From NCBI RefSeq assembly GCF_009914755.1, contig NC_060929.1: 64,000 nt of DNA. One strand, given 5' to 3'. Positions 46,636 to 64,000 of this stretch are shown piece after piece. The first letter of the stretch is position 1; the number at the start of each line of letters is the position of its first letter. The position numbers were made by a program, and so were the translations under genes. Source of the stretch: the human T2T-CHM13v2.0 reference genome, Homo sapiens. The notes under the pieces are model-generated. The model saw only the letters and a program-made list of their open reading frames with translations, was not told where the DNA came from and made no database searches.

Positions 46636-47139
46636 TTTTCTTTCTTTTTTTTTTTTTGCGATAAGGTCTTGCTCAAGCTGGAGTGCAGTGGTGCAATGAT
46701 GAGCCCTCCTGGGCTCAGCTGCTTCTCTCACCTCAGCCTCCTGAGTACCTGGAACGACAGCAGTCATCACCATGCCCAGCTAATCTTTCTATTTTTTTTA
46801 GAGATAGGCATCACCATGCCCAGCTAATCTTTCTATTTTTTTTAGAGATAGGGTCTCAGTAAGTTGCCTAAGCTGGTCTCAAACTCCTGGGCTCAAGGAT
46901 TTCATAATTCATATTGCTATGAAATTAATGTGTTTTATTTGATAATAACCTAAATTTCTTTCTGTTTGCCTGGAGATGGAAAGTGATCATCTTTCACTTA
47001 AGATTTTGAAAAACAGTTTCCATATAGAAGATTAGCCAGTCTAACTTACTTCAGAAAGTGCTTAATTGTCCAAAGATTGATCCTTCTGCCTTGGCCTCCC
47101 AAAGTGCTGGGATTACAAGCTTGAGCCACCATGCCTGGC
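46636..47139 (-). mobile_element. AluJ-like element carrying a 44-bp tandem duplication and a roughly 180-bp foreign insert
   Basis: Alu breaks at gggctcaag and resumes at tgatccttctgccttggcctcccaaagtgctggg. Confidence 0.88.
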
Positions 47140-49160
47140 TTAGGGGATTTCTTAAGGATAGATAGAATTACTGTTTACTGGTAGCTGCCTTTAGGTGTCC
47201 TCATTTTTTCAGTTTTGGTTTGGATTTCTGCTTCAGTTCTCCCTCAATAAGCATGACCTGACTCTTTGTGTGTGACCGTGAAAAAGAACAGTGAAGCTAA
47301 GAGAAGACTGGCCAAATTGTCGGTCTCAGGTCATTCAGCATTTTAATGGAGTGGATCTCACGACTCTTCAGTTCTTAATGTCATAATTGCTGACCTTTTT
47401 CTTTAAATTACTGAACAAAATAAAGATTTTAAAGGAAGTACAATCATTTTTAGACTTCAGATAAGAAAGTGACTTCTGTTTTAGCATATTCAGTTCATAA
47501 ATTGAATGCTAATTGTGCTTGGTGCTAGGAATCAAAATTAGTAAGAAGCTTTCAGAGCGGGAGCTATTAAACAGTGACCTACTTATTTGATCTACATTAT
47601 ACCTTTTGTTTGATTTGCCAGAAAATAACATTTAAATTTTATAATTTTAAATATTGTCACCCTAAGTTCAATTTTATACCTAACAAGTAAGAGTTAAAGG
47701 GGAATAGAGGCACTGCATCTATTCTTCCTTCTGCCTTTAGTCTTTACTAATTGAGGTTTCTTTCCTACCCCCTCCACTTTTAGACATTAAAATTTCTACT
47801 TGAATCTTAAAATGTAATTAATACTACAGCTGTTAGAAATGTAAGGGGAAAGTCCCATGTTGAGGAGTATCAACTTTATGAATTTGGTTGGAATAGAATT
47901 TTTATTCTGAGAGAAAGGTAATCACTTCATAGTAGTTAACAATTATTGATAGAATTATAGGTAATGGAACAAGGGAGGAGATATTTTTGTTTTCTTGCTC
48001 CTTTGTTTTTATTCATATTTTGGGGGCACTAGCATTAAATGATGCACTATGCAATTTCTCTACTACCATTATTTAGAGAGTCTCCATTTTTTAACTTGGC
48101 ATTATTTAGATGTCTTTAATTACATTAGTATCTATAAGCCCAGGATTGAGGGGTTTGGAATCTTAACCGTAGTTGTCATTCTGCTGCCTTAACTAATTGC
48201 TTTTTTTTTTTTTTAACGAAAAAAAAAAATCCATTTCTATTCTGACGGCAGTGGAGAAATACAGAAAACCATCCTTGATGGCACTGTGCAAATTACCTTG
48301 CATTATTTTCTAATTGATGTATATAAATGACTTAATAATTTTGATAGTACATTTAGTATATTCGAGAGCCAGAACTTGCTGTTAATAGAGGAAAAATGGA
48401 TATGAAAATGAATGGGATAACATAGGAAAACAGAATAAGTACCCGTTAGTATTCTTTCTAATAGGCGTCTTTGTTCCTGGATTTCAGGCAAATAATATCC
48501 TCTTTTATAAATATTATGGTAAAAGCTTGCTGAATATTGCTTGTTGGTATGTTTCCTGTCTCATTTTCCCTGCCTTCTTTGTCTTTTCAAGCTTAATTCA
48601 GGTTGAACATCTCTCTTCTTTTCCATCTAAGATACAGAAACAAAAGAAAGCAAAATTTATAAAATCTTAAAATTAGTATAAGTACTATTTCTATATTAAA
48701 GTTACTCTTACGGCCTTTGGGAGAAGTTTGAAGTGACAGAAAAAACTCTTACTTTGTGCTTGATATAGCCTTTATACATGAAGTATAACTGCTCCTTGTA
48801 GGAATAATTAAGAATGAGATAACCTTTGTGAAGAAATCTATATGGTATTGGGTAGATCTTGGTTTGTATAGTAAGGTTTTATTTATGAGTTAGAAAATCT
48901 TCTGCTAAATAGCGATCTGTTTGGTTAACTGAGTGATATACTCAAGCCAAGGATTAGAATGTTAGTTTTTCAGGTACATTCTGGTCTACTGCAAATACTG
49001 GTGAAGTCTTTAGTGGAAGAAAAATTTCAGGTTTCCAAATTGCCAAATAGAGTAAATTTCTTCTCTCTTTTTCAAAGAGGAGCCTAGTTCAGGATTTATA
49101 AAGTTTCTTAGTGTGTGTTTTAAATGGCTTTACATTTTTTCCCCTTCTTCTTTTTGACAG

Positions 49161-49297
49161 GAGTCTTTTAGTCCTGCTATACAGCTGCACCTTGTACATC
49201 AAGCTCCATGTAATGTTCCTCCTTACCTCTCAAAGAATGAATCAAACCTTGGGGACCTCTTACTGGGCTTTCTTAAATATTATGCTACAGAATTTGA
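49161..49297 (+). CDS. TENT2: TENT2 exon K (137 nt): ESFSPAIQLHLVHQAPCNVPPYLSKNESNLGDLLLGFLKYYATEF(D); start of PAP-associated domain
   Basis: tttttgacag| acceptor, TGA|GTAAGT donor. Confidence 0.96.
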
Positions 49298-50190
49298 GTA
49301 AGTAAAACTTTAAATTGTGTTTGTTCACTTATATGTGTGTGTGTGTGTATGTATGTATATATATGAATACGAATATATAAGTAAATGCTACAGATTTAGT
49401 CAGGAGCTGTGTTTGTCACTTCCAGTGTTGTAAAGTTGTCCAGAAATGTATAGTTTATAAAATTTCCTATGTGACAATGAATTATTGGAAGCTAGATAGA
49501 TTTTATATTCTTAGCTAATAAATACATTTATAGTTCAGTAGGCCCAGTTTTAGTTGATTTCAATAGTGGTAGGCCCTATGTGTTGGTCCTGTGCAGGTGC
49601 TGTGTAGTTTGGAACATCCATTTTCTATACACTTAAAATGTATAGTAAAAAAACACTGCTAAGAAAGACTAATGAAGATCTATTTAATACTTGGCATCTT
49701 CGTAAATAGTTGTGTTAGTGTGATATACAAATTGAGGAATGTGTCTTTTCCTTTTTTCTTTTCTTTTTTGAAGATGATATGTAAACATAAAACAAAGAAT
49801 GTATAATCAGGCTGGACAGAACTGAAAGTTCTTATGTGAGTTCTAAGTCCAGAGAGAGTGGAGTTAGGAGTTACTTGCAGCTCTTCTGATCAATCTGGAA
49901 AAGCTTGAGGGGGGAAGAGAGAAGATTGAGGAATTGTACAGTATTAGAGGCAGGTACAGTTACCATTGGATACCACTTTGAAGAAGTTTGCATAGGGTAA
50001 TAATAATAGTAATAATAATAATAAATTGCTATTACTAGATGGGAAAATGGTTCTAAACATATATTTATTATATTATTATTTATATTTATCATTTCATTCC
50101 GTTTACATAATTGTTATCTGGTGTGTGGTATATTATGCCCATTTTACCAGTGAAGCATAGAGAGAGGGGAAGTAACGTGCTCCAAGATCA

Positions 50191-50891
<701 letters not shown>

Positions 50892-51658
50892 ACGGAGCTT
50901 TCATTTATATTAAGATGAAGAAAGATTAAAGACTGGATGAGACATAGTACATAAATAGACTGTGAAGGTTTAATGGTTATTCTAGAGTTCTCTTTAAGAT
51001 ATTGCAATAACAATAGCTAATGTTTAGTGAGAATTTATCTAGTGTGCTGTAGTAAGCTGAGTGATTCCCATGGATTTCAGTTAATCCTCATAATAACCTC
51101 TGTCAAGCTTAGGGAATTTGTGTACATGAAACTTGCCCATGGCAATCTACAGCTAGATTGTGGGAGAGTTGGGATTCACTTTCAAGCTGGACTCCAAAAC
51201 TACATTCTTAATTGTTAGACTGTATTGACATTGTTTATTATGTTATATAAATTAGGGACTGGGGGATGTTTGTGGAGGGGGAAAAGGATTCACAGAACAA
51301 AGATAACTTTTTTCCCATGTATAGTGTAGGATTAGAGCATCTGTATACAAATACCTTGAAAATCACCTGCTTTGTTGAACAGAAACAAGATAGTGGATGT
51401 GTAGGTTTGTATGTTAATTTAATATTAAAGGAAACTAGTCTGCTGGGTCAGATGATACTGATGCTTGGAAAGAGGTTTCAGAACTTCACCATCTAGTACA
51501 TTTGTCATTTCATATGAGATATTTTCAGAAATTTGAAATGTGGGGATCACAGCCAAGAATGTAGTCATGGTAATAAACTAGAAGCTGTATAAAAGAATTA
51601 TGGCAATTGTTAAAAATGTCTATAAGGATTTCTTCTGAACTTTGAGGTAATCATTTAA

Positions 51659-53965
<2,307 letters not shown>

Positions 53966-53984
53966 CTGAATTTGTTTATCATTT

Positions 53985-56270
53985 TAAGATTGGGATAACT
54001 TCAAGATATTCAAGTGGAGATACTGAGTAGACAGTTGGATATATAAGCCTAGAGTCAGGAGACAGGCCACAGAGCTAAATATTTGGGAGTTGTCACCAGG
54101 TAGATGGTATTTAACGCTATGAAACTCCTTGAAAAAAACCAAGGGAGTGAATATATAGATGGAAAAGAGAAAAGGGCCAAGCATTGGGTACTCTAATGTT
54201 AAGAAGTTTACAGTTTACAGTTAAGAAGTTTACAGGAAATGCAAGGGATAAAGGAATATGTATTGTTAAATGACACAATAAACAGAGAGACAGACAAATG
54301 CAGAATGTAGGCATTCTGGGAAATACCTGGCCTAATCTCCTCAAAAGTCAGTATCATTAAAAACAAACAAGGCCGGGCGTGGTGGCTCACGCCTGTAATA
54401 CCAGCACTTTGGGAGGTCGAGGCAGGCAGATCATGAGGTCAGGAGTTGGAGATCAACCTGACCAACATGGTGAAACCCCATCTCTACTACAAATAAAAAA
54501 ATTAGCCAGGTGTGGTGGCGGGCACCTGTAATCCCAGCTACTCACGAGGCTGAGGCAGGAGAATCGCTTGAACTCAGGAGTTGGAGGTTGCAGTGAGCCG
54601 AGATCGCGCCACCGCACTCCAGCCCTGGGCACTGCACTCCAGCCTGGGCGACAGGGCGAGACCCCCTCCTAAAAAACAAACAAACAAAATGTGAGGGGAA
54701 CTTTATTAGATTTAAAGAGATAGAACAGTCATATACAATGCATGAACCTTTATTATAATCCAGTTGGGGTGGGGGAACTATAAAAGGTATTTGAGTTACT
54801 GTTAATTTTCTAATTGCTGTTGGTGTTATAAAGGAGAATGGCTTTATTCTTAGGAGATATATACTGAAGGATACAGAAATGAACTTTGATGTGTACCGGT
54901 TACTAAGTGGTTCAGTTCAAAATACACACACACACAAATGTGGCAAAATGTTAACACTTGTTGAATTGTTTTTAAATTTTATACTTTTAATTTTTTTTGT
55001 ATTTGAAATTTTTCATAATACATAGATGATATAAAAATGAGATTGGGGATGAGAAGGAACTAATATATGAGTCTATCTAGGAAGAAAGAATCATTGAGAT
55101 AGGAGGAAATCCAATGGAATGTGGTATCTTGGGAATCCAGAGGAGAAAAAAATGTTTTGAGGAGGAAGGAGTGATTATCTGTGTCATTATTTTTTGATAG
55201 ATTGAGTAAGAAGCTATATGGACTCCTCTGGACCCTTGACAGGAACAGTTTCTGTGGAATAATGGGGATAAAAAGCATAGCATTATTGGTGTGGACTCGA
55301 GAAGACAGAGGGAGAATAATTCAATATGGATAATGTAACTCATTCTCTAGAGCAGAAAAAAACAGGGTAAAATTAGAGTGTTAAGTGGAGTCCAGTTTTT
55401 GTTTTTATTGTTGGAGAGGAGAAATAACCCATCTTGATGAAAAATTGATGATACCAGAGAAAGGTATAGTAAATTTTTGGAAATAAACTTGTTTGAGTTA
55501 AGAATGGTTGGAATCTAGAGCACAAATAGAATAGGAGCACAGATAATTCATTAATAAAGATTAAAAGTAGAATATATGGACACAGGTAAATGTAGCTGAA
55601 TCAGTGTGGTTGGAGCTAGTAGGAATTATCTTTGGATTGTTTTAGGTTTTTAGTGAAATGAGTCAGGGACATGTGCAGGTAATGATTGTGAAGGTGGAAA
55701 TTTGAGAAGTAAGACGAAAGTATGAATTGTCATATACTAGAGTAAAAGGGTGGATTAACTATGGAAAGACAGTACGGTTGGGGGTAGTAACATTAAGAGC
55801 CCTCTTTAGCTAAGTGATCATTAATTTAAAGTGTGATCATTCTGTATGGTTGCATCTCTCCACCCATGTTCAGCTGCGTGGGAAAGAATTGGGGAGTAGA
55901 TTTAATCAGGGTTGTGTTTCAGCCAACTAAGTTCAATGCAGCAAGAGTGGGTAAGAGTTGAGAGTATGTGAAAGGGAGTGATTTTAATAACTGACCATGC
56001 ATGGGATATATTACATTCAGTCTTGAAAATGTGGGCACAGAGATGCCTATAGGACATCCAGGTGACAGTTTCCAATAGCTGGTTGTAAATGTTAGCCTGG
56101 AACTTACTAGAAAGGTCAGAGCTGGAAAAAGGATTTGGGAAAGAAACATCAGATTATTGGAGCCTAAGGTGTGTACTCTAGCATTAGAAGATTCAAAGAG
56201 GCTGAGCCCTGATGGATACTAACATTTAAAGGTTCAGATAGAAGATGAGAAGCCAGTCAAAACAGAACTC
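53985..56270 (-). mobile_element. L2 fragments interrupted by an old L1 3' end (about 54250-55020) and an Alu
   Basis: gatattcaagtggagatactgagtagacagttggatata...ttgggagttgtcacca; gaggaaatccaatggaatgtggtatcttgggaatcc. Confidence 0.65.
54371..54690 (+). mobile_element. Alu with short internal duplication (cactccagcc(c)tgggc x2)
   Basis: Full dimer. Confidence 0.92.
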
Positions 56271-56399
56271 TAGGATTAGAGTAAAATTTTTTCCCTACCT
56301 ACGACATTTGAAATTCTTAACCAAGTTTTCTTTCTGTTTGCTTCCCAGCCCATAACAATAAAACAAAATTATATATATTTGTTCACTTAATTTTACTAG

Positions 56400-56459
56400 T
56401 ATATATACATATATATATACATATATATGTATACACACACACACACACACACACACACA
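56400..56459. repeat. Compound (TA)n(CA)n microsatellite
   Basis: Read directly. Confidence 0.9.
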
Positions 56460-56585
56460 GCCATATGGTATCAGACTCATAATTTTGACTTTATTAGACT
56501 TGAATTTTTCTTTATGTCGCTTAAGACAGCATTTCCAGTTTAATCAGTTGCCTCAAAATACTTTCTGTGGTCACAAAAAGAATGG

Positions 56586-56870
56586 GGCTGGGCACAGTGG
56601 CTCACGCACCTTGGGAGGCTGAGGTGGGCAGATCGCTTGAGGTCAAGAGTTTGAGACCAGCCTGGCCAAATAGTGAAATGCCGTCTCTGCTAAAAATACA
56701 AAAATTAGCCAGGCATGGTGGTGGGCGCCTGTAATCCCAGCTACTCGGGATGCTGAGGCAGGAGAATTGCTTGAACCTGGGAGGCACGGAGGTTGCAGTG
56801 AACTGGGATTGCGTCACTGCACTCCAGCCTGGGTGACAGAGCAAGACTCTGACTAATAAATAAATAAAAA
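56586..56870 (+). mobile_element. Alu; TSD aaaagaatgg
   Basis: Dimer with TAAA tail. Confidence 0.92.
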
Positions 56871-58064
56871 GAATGGCTAAAGAGAGTTTATTGATGAATG
56901 CCAGTCTGTTAACATTACCAAAGAAGCAAGTACCTAACTTGCTTCTAATATAATTGGTTGTCTCAGTTTTATATTTAAAAGATGATCATGTATTATCAGT
57001 GTATTTTAGATTAAATTAAGCCCCATATCTGTTCTTCTTTCTGAAACATCTCTCTTGTGTAGATTCTGTATCTTATTTTACACTTTAATTATTGAGTGAC
57101 GATAACAATTTTTACATGCTAAGCAAATTATGTTAGAGAGTAGATTAGTATGATAAAAGGCTTAGGTTATGGGCTGTGTTTTAAAGAATGAAATATTTAG
57201 GGAAGATATTTCTAAATTACCATTTAAATTCAACTCTTGAGAAGACCATTTGAGTCCAGGAGATTGAGGCTGCAGTGAGCCATGATTGTGCCACCGTACC
57301 CCAGCCTGGGCTTGTCGACAAAGCCCTGTCTCAAAAAATATATAACTAAATCTACCTTTAGAGTACAAAGAGTATACAATTATATGTCACGTTTTAATGA
57401 TTTGAAATGTTTAACAATCTAGAAATATTTAAAAGTTCTTTGAAAATGCAGTAGATTGAATCAGTCCAAATAGTAGTGATTCAAAATATTCTTTTTTCTT
57501 TTTGAAGCACTTCAAATGATATAATCATTTTAATAACTGCATTATTTGGGTTTATTGTACATTGAAACTTAAATGATATCTGGTAAGGGATTATAATAAA
57601 ATGAATATATCTATTAACATATATCTCATACTGTTTCTGTGACCCAGTTTAGAACCAAGTAGTGGCATGTAGTGTAAAATCAGGATTTGTTTTAATAGAA
57701 ATACAGTGGTAAAGATAGAATTTTTGATTTAAGGAAATAAAAGTTGTAATTTAACAGCAAGATATTGTATTTCAATATTCCAAACTCTTCTGAAAGTTAA
57801 AAATCAATCTATGCCCTATAAAAATAATGTTTACAGTTTTAATTCTGCAGATTTAGTTGTCCTATAATCTGTTATTAGAAAACAAATAGTCTCAAGGGAA
57901 AATTCATTTTGTTAATAAATTTGACTTAACTAGTATAAAGTGAAGGGATGCAAACTGTAGTATGTAACCTTGTTTGCTTCAGGTTTGTGGCTATATAACT
58001 CCCCTCTTCACATTGTTGTTGTAAAGAAACAATGTAAGAAAATTGTTGGAAACATTTGTGTGGA

Positions 58065-58255
58065 TGTTTTTGTTTTTTGTTTTTTTAAGATAGGGTCTCA
58101 CTTTGTCAGTCAGGCTGGAGTGCAGTGGCACGATCACAGCTTACTGCAGCCTCAACCTCCCCTTGCTCAGGTGATCCTTCCACCTCAGCCTCCTGAGTAG
58201 CTGGGACTATAGGCGCCACCACGCCTGCTACTTTTTGGATTTTTAGTAGAGACAT
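58065..58255 (-). mobile_element. Truncated AluJ-like arm (another short + fragment at about 57240-57340)
   Basis: caggctggagtgcagtggcacgatcacagc. Confidence 0.82.
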
Positions 58256-59136
58256 TTGAAACAATAGAGCAGAGTAGTCTTTCTGTTTGGAGTCTGTACT
58301 AATGAACTGCAATACATGAGGGATCTAAAACATTTTCCTGTAACCAATACTATTTCCATTTGACAACCCACTTAATTTTTAAAAAGCACAAATCCTGTTA
58401 TATATATTTTTAAAGAACTTAAAACTTTCACAAACTCCTCTTGATCGGAACAAAAATAAATTATACTTTCAGTGTGCTTTACAAGAATCAAAATTCACAA
58501 GATGCAAGATTTTTCATGCTTATTTAATATAGAAATTAATCAAATTTCTATAAACAAATGCCATACAGGACCCATGATTATATTCTTAGAAATTCTCTTT
58601 TTGATAAATAGAGGAGAAGTGTAGGGTAAGTGTTGGAAGGTCCCAAGTGATAGTCTTTCTCTGCTTGCTTAAATGGTAGAGAAAGTTAAATACTACTTAA
58701 AAAATGGTATCAGCTGTTCCTCAAATTTATTTTTCTCTCATATACAAGCTGGGTAGTCATATACTTTAAAATGTTCCTTGAAAAAAAAGAAAATACTTGT
58801 AATAACTGTTAGATAAACCTTTTTAAAAAAATGTAAAGTTAGTATGTACTAAATACTGGACAGGCCTGCTGATGAGATTGTTTTACTTGAATAAAATTTT
58901 ACTCTTAACAGCTGCATCTGATATACAGCCATTAAGTATATTTTCATAGAGTATTAATTTTGCTTTCCTAAAACAGCATCCACTTCTATCGAAAATTTCA
59001 AAATTTTCTCCCAAATCATACACATAAAGATGTACCTGAACAAAAACTATTTAATAACACAAGAAGATAACACTAGAAGATTACTTCTGTCTTAACAAAT
59101 AACAGATTGTTACTGCGTTGTTAACTATGACCATAG

Positions 59137-59472
<336 letters not shown>

Positions 59473-59847
59473 TGTACTTTCTTATTTTTCCAGTTACTTC
59501 ATTTTTTCAATAAATATGTGTTGAAAACCTGGTATGTACTATGCACCTAGGTGAAGAGTGAAAAAAAGAAATATCCAGTATCTTGGAGCTTTCATCCTAC
59601 TTGAGGGAGACACAATGAAGAATAACATAATAAATAGTAAATGTAAGAAACAAATTCTTAGAAGATGATAAGTGTTGTGGAAAAAAAAATATAGAGGTGG
59701 GAAATAGGGATTGTGGTGCTGAGGGTTGGGGCACAGGTTTCAGTGTTCCACAAGAAAATTGGGGTAGGCCTTAGTATTGATACAATAAAAATAATATAAG
59801 AGAAATTATGAAAATAGTTAACATGGTTACTGTTTTTCTTCTTATAG

Positions 59848-59939
59848 CTGGAATAGTCAAATGATTTCAGTTCGTGAAGCCAAAGCCATTCCAAGGCCTG
59901 ATGGTATTGAATGGAGAAATAAATACATCTGTGTAGAAG
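59848..59939 (+). CDS. TENT2: TENT2 exon L (92 nt): WNSQMISVREAKAIPRPDGIEWRNKYICVE(E)
   Basis: ttcttatag| acceptor, AAG|GTAGTT donor. Confidence 0.95.
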
Positions 59940-61274
59940 GTAGTTTTCTGTTTACCATCTACGTATCATCATGGTACTAAGAGAATTACTTGAGTAATTT
60001 CAGCTGTGTTTCAGTTAAAAGTAATACATTTATGTCTGAAGTGATTTGTAAGTCTTTTAGTTTAAAATTTTTAATTTTAAAAAGTCATTTAAAATTTTTT
60101 AGGTATGAGAAATAATAAACATAAACTTTAGGCATTCACCCTTTCTAGTTGGTAAGATTCGAGCTGTCTTTATCCCTCTTACTTGTGGTTGATGGATAAT
60201 TTCATGACTTACAGATGGAAGAAAATAGAATCTTTATATGTGATTCTTATATTGACATAAAATGAGTTATATTCTTTTATACTTAAAATATTAGTGCAAG
60301 TTGGACTTTTATTAATAGAAATTGATGTTGCTTTAAAAATTAAATGATCTGAAGAAATTTTCTTCTCTAAAATTAATTTACATGTAGTTGAATATATCCT
60401 TGAGACACTTTGAGTGAGTAGAAAACTGACTTCAAGGGACAAAATTATTCTCATAGATGCTAAATTGAAGGCCTTTGTAAATCTGGAGGTTAAAAAGTAT
60501 AAATAGTTGAGAATCAGCATTTGTAGAAAACATCAGATTTTGGATGTTTTAATCTTGAATTATATGCAGTATTTTAAGAGTTTGTGAATATGAAATTAAA
60601 TCTCCTGCTTTGGTGTGCTAATAAATGGCACTGGGTGGGCATTATTTTAGTTACTTGTGTTCAGTTGAATACTAAACCCTGTTCTAAAGTGCTATGATGA
60701 TGCAATTCAGTATAATTTGGCATATGACCTTATTCTGTTAAGGAAAAGAACCCCACGATACTGTGATGGTAAACTGCTTTTTAACATAGCCTTTCTAAGC
60801 ACTAAAAAATAAGCAAGAGGAGTATTTAAAATTATGGGCCTGTGTAGATTATATGACAAATCTAAAAGTTTTGACCTTTCCATCAGACTCCCTATTCTTC
60901 CGTACTTTTTCTAGGTCTTTCCCCTCGGTTACCTTTCCTCTTACCAACAACTTCATTCTTTCTGCCTCCAGTCTTTCGCTTTCAGCTTTAAGACATACAT
61001 AGGTCTTCTCATTCTTGAAAAATACTCTTTATTTGGTCCTACTGGTTCTTCTGTGCATTTTTCCTCCTTTTTCCATGCTAAAATTCTTAATTTCTAGTAA
61101 TGTTTACCTACTGCTGGCATTATTTAAGACATTTCATCTCATTCCTGATGCCTTTAGTTATCCTTGTCTTCTCATTATTATCTTCAGTTTCCTCGTACTC
61201 TTCTGGTTTCTTCCTGTCTCTCTATATGGATTCTTCACTTTTGTGGGTGAAAGGTGAGTGGGATGGTGGTGTGA

Positions 61275-61727
<453 letters not shown>

Positions 61728-62115
61728 AGACTTCACTGTATCTTTTTCTAAACCATCCACTTGGGCCATAACTCCCTGCATTGTCTTCCATTTTCTCCAG
61801 TATTGAACCTCTACCTTCAAAGGACAAATCAGCTTTTAAGTTAAAATTAAAGTTACCTTTCTGTGATATTTAACATTAACTGCCTCTCTTCGATATAATG
61901 CTTTCTTCTTTTTGATGACTTTTTATTATTTTCCTAAGGGTAGGTCTTTGACCCTCTGTAATTTTTCAGAAACCTTATCCACATTTATGATTTAGACTTA
62001 ACACACCTATGCTGATGACTTTCATTTTTGATCACCCTCTCCCTTGAATTCTATCTACCTTATTAGGCAGTTCATAGTATATCAAGCTTTTCTGTATACA
62101 TAAATCTAATAAAGA

Positions 62116-62190
62116 TATTAGGCTGACCCATCTGAAATTGCAATTTTTGTAGGTTAAAAACTGTTAACATATTGACAGTATCAAACCTAA
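62116..62190. mobile_element. MADE2-like mariner MITE
   Basis: tattagg(c)tga.ccat.tgaaattgc...tgtagg.taaaaa...aacctaa. Confidence 0.65.
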
Positions 62191-62251
62191 AAAAGAAACT
62201 GTAGCTCTCATTTTAATAATTTTTCCTTTACATTTGCATTTAACATTGCAG

Positions 62252-62331
62252 AACCTTTTGATGGAACAAATACAGCCAGAGCAGTGCACGAAAAGCAGAA
62301 ATTTGATATGATCAAGGATCAATTTTTAAAG
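62252..62331 (+). CDS. TENT2: TENT2 exon M (80 nt): PFDGTNTARAVHEKQKFDMIKDQFLK; nucleotide-recognition motif (VEEPF...N.AR)
   Basis: cattgcag| acceptor, AAG|GTAAAC donor. Confidence 0.95.
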
Positions 62332-62549
62332 GTAAACAATGCATTAGATCAACCCTAGAAACATTAGTAGACTAGTATGCTTTAAACAGGAAAAAATACG
62401 TGTGTAGTAGGACAGAATGGTTTCTCTTCTGTGAATCCATTAATATAGCATGATAGAGAACTTATTATTTGAATTTAGTTAAACTTTTCCTTCAAAGAGA
62501 TCTGGCTCTGTTTTTATTCACATTGCTTTCACTTTCATAGAAATAAGCA

Positions 62550-62858
<309 letters not shown>

Positions 62859-63309
62859 TAAGCATTTTCGTAGTGAGCTTATTAAATTTCCAAAATAAGT
62901 GAATAAAACCTAATGGACTCTTTTCCTTCCTTAGTGTATTGGGGAATTTATTGTGGCCTTAGAAGGAAGCTGATGTCTGATCCATGCTTTTTCTAATGTA
63001 TACCCCACTGTCACAGGAATTAGAGTGCTGTTTTATCTTTGTTTATATTTAGGAAAGTTAAAATTTATGTATATGTCTGTGTTTATAGTATGAATTTATT
63101 CATCAGTGATGTTGCTAGATGTGGTCTTAATCTTCAGGGACTTCACAACACATTGTAGAAATGCCTTGATATATGTATTGAGACATGGAGGGGAGGGAAA
63201 GCTTTGTAGAAGAAAAAGATGAGAGAACCGCAAAGATCATTTTAGAGGCATACTTTTTCATTATCTAGACATTCAAGTGGACTTTATTTTAATGATAATT
63301 TAAAATGCA

Positions 63310-63581
63310 AGTATTGAGGCATGAGTATCACTGGAACCAGGAGTTCGAGGCTGCAGTGGGCTATTATCAAGTTGCTGCACTTCAAGCCTAGACAACAGAG
63401 TGAGAGACTCCACCTCTAAAAAAAAAATGAATAAAAATAATGGCCAGGTGCAATGGTTCACACCTGTAATCCAAACACTTTGTGAGGCCAAGGCAGGAGG
63501 ATTGCTTGAGGCCAGGAGTTTAAGACCAGCCTGGGCAACGCATAGCAAGACATAGTTCACACACACACATGCACGCACATG

Positions 63582-63614
<33 letters not shown>

Positions 63615-63810
63615 CACCTCACCTCACCCCACCCCTGGGTGTAGTGGTATGCACCTGTGTCTTAGCTACTGGGGAGGCTGAGTGGAGAGAAAAGCCTTGA
63701 GCCCAGGAGGTTGAGGGTGCAGTGAGCTGTGATTGTGCCACCGCACTCCAGCCTGAGCATGAGTAATAGAGTGATACCTTGTTTCAAATAAATAAATAAA
63801 TAGATAAAAT
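63310..63810 (+). mobile_element. Alu right-arm fragment, then an AluJ-like element whose central linker has become a (CA)n tract (about 63557-63611)
   Basis: Alu arms on both sides of the CA repeat. Confidence 0.85.
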
Positions 63811-63899
63811 ATAAGTATTCTATTACAAGCTGTCGTTCAAATGAGACTTTCTTAATTTGGCAACCAGAATAGAAAATTTGTCTTATAGAAATTCTTTAA

Positions 63900-64000
<101 letters not shown>

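Noticed and set aside
47252-47334. atgacctga...tcaggtcat 9-bp inverted repeat as a snoRNA or nuclear-receptor element
   Set aside because: No C/D or H/ACA boxes in the right positions; half-sites about 65 bp apart; expected by chance
59918-59923. AATAAA inside exon L and many intronic AATAAA hexamers as polyadenylation sites
   Set aside because: The exonic one encodes N-K and sits next to a donor; the hexamer is frequent in AT-rich DNA and cannot be called without 3'-end data

Overview
This is primate genomic DNA, almost certainly human (it contains an AluYa5-type element), lying wholly inside TENT2 (PAPD4/GLD-2, a non-canonical cytoplasmic poly(A) polymerase) on the + strand. I assembled 13 coding exons by hand (labelled A-M; all GT-AG, all phases compatible), covering about residues 31-460 of the 484-aa protein as I recall it. 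The start codon and last exon lie outside the window. The remainder is intron: roughly 40 Alus, L1/L2/MIR fragments, an MLT1 LTR and several DNA transposons, including a near-full-length Tigger1. Nearly all of the supplied ORFs are repeat-derived or chance. I see no new multi-gene system. The leads most worth checking are (1) a candidate 63-nt poison exon with an AGA|GT donor, (2) a marked two-class split among the 5' splice sites, (3) a 606-nt exon block that would form a stop-free circular ORF encoding the catalytic core, (4) two local templated insertions that copied nearby DNA into an Alu and into Tigger1, and (5) a 12-nt tandem acceptor that doubles as a donor. Exon coordinates were counted exactly. 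Repeat boundaries and subfamily names are by eye and approximate.
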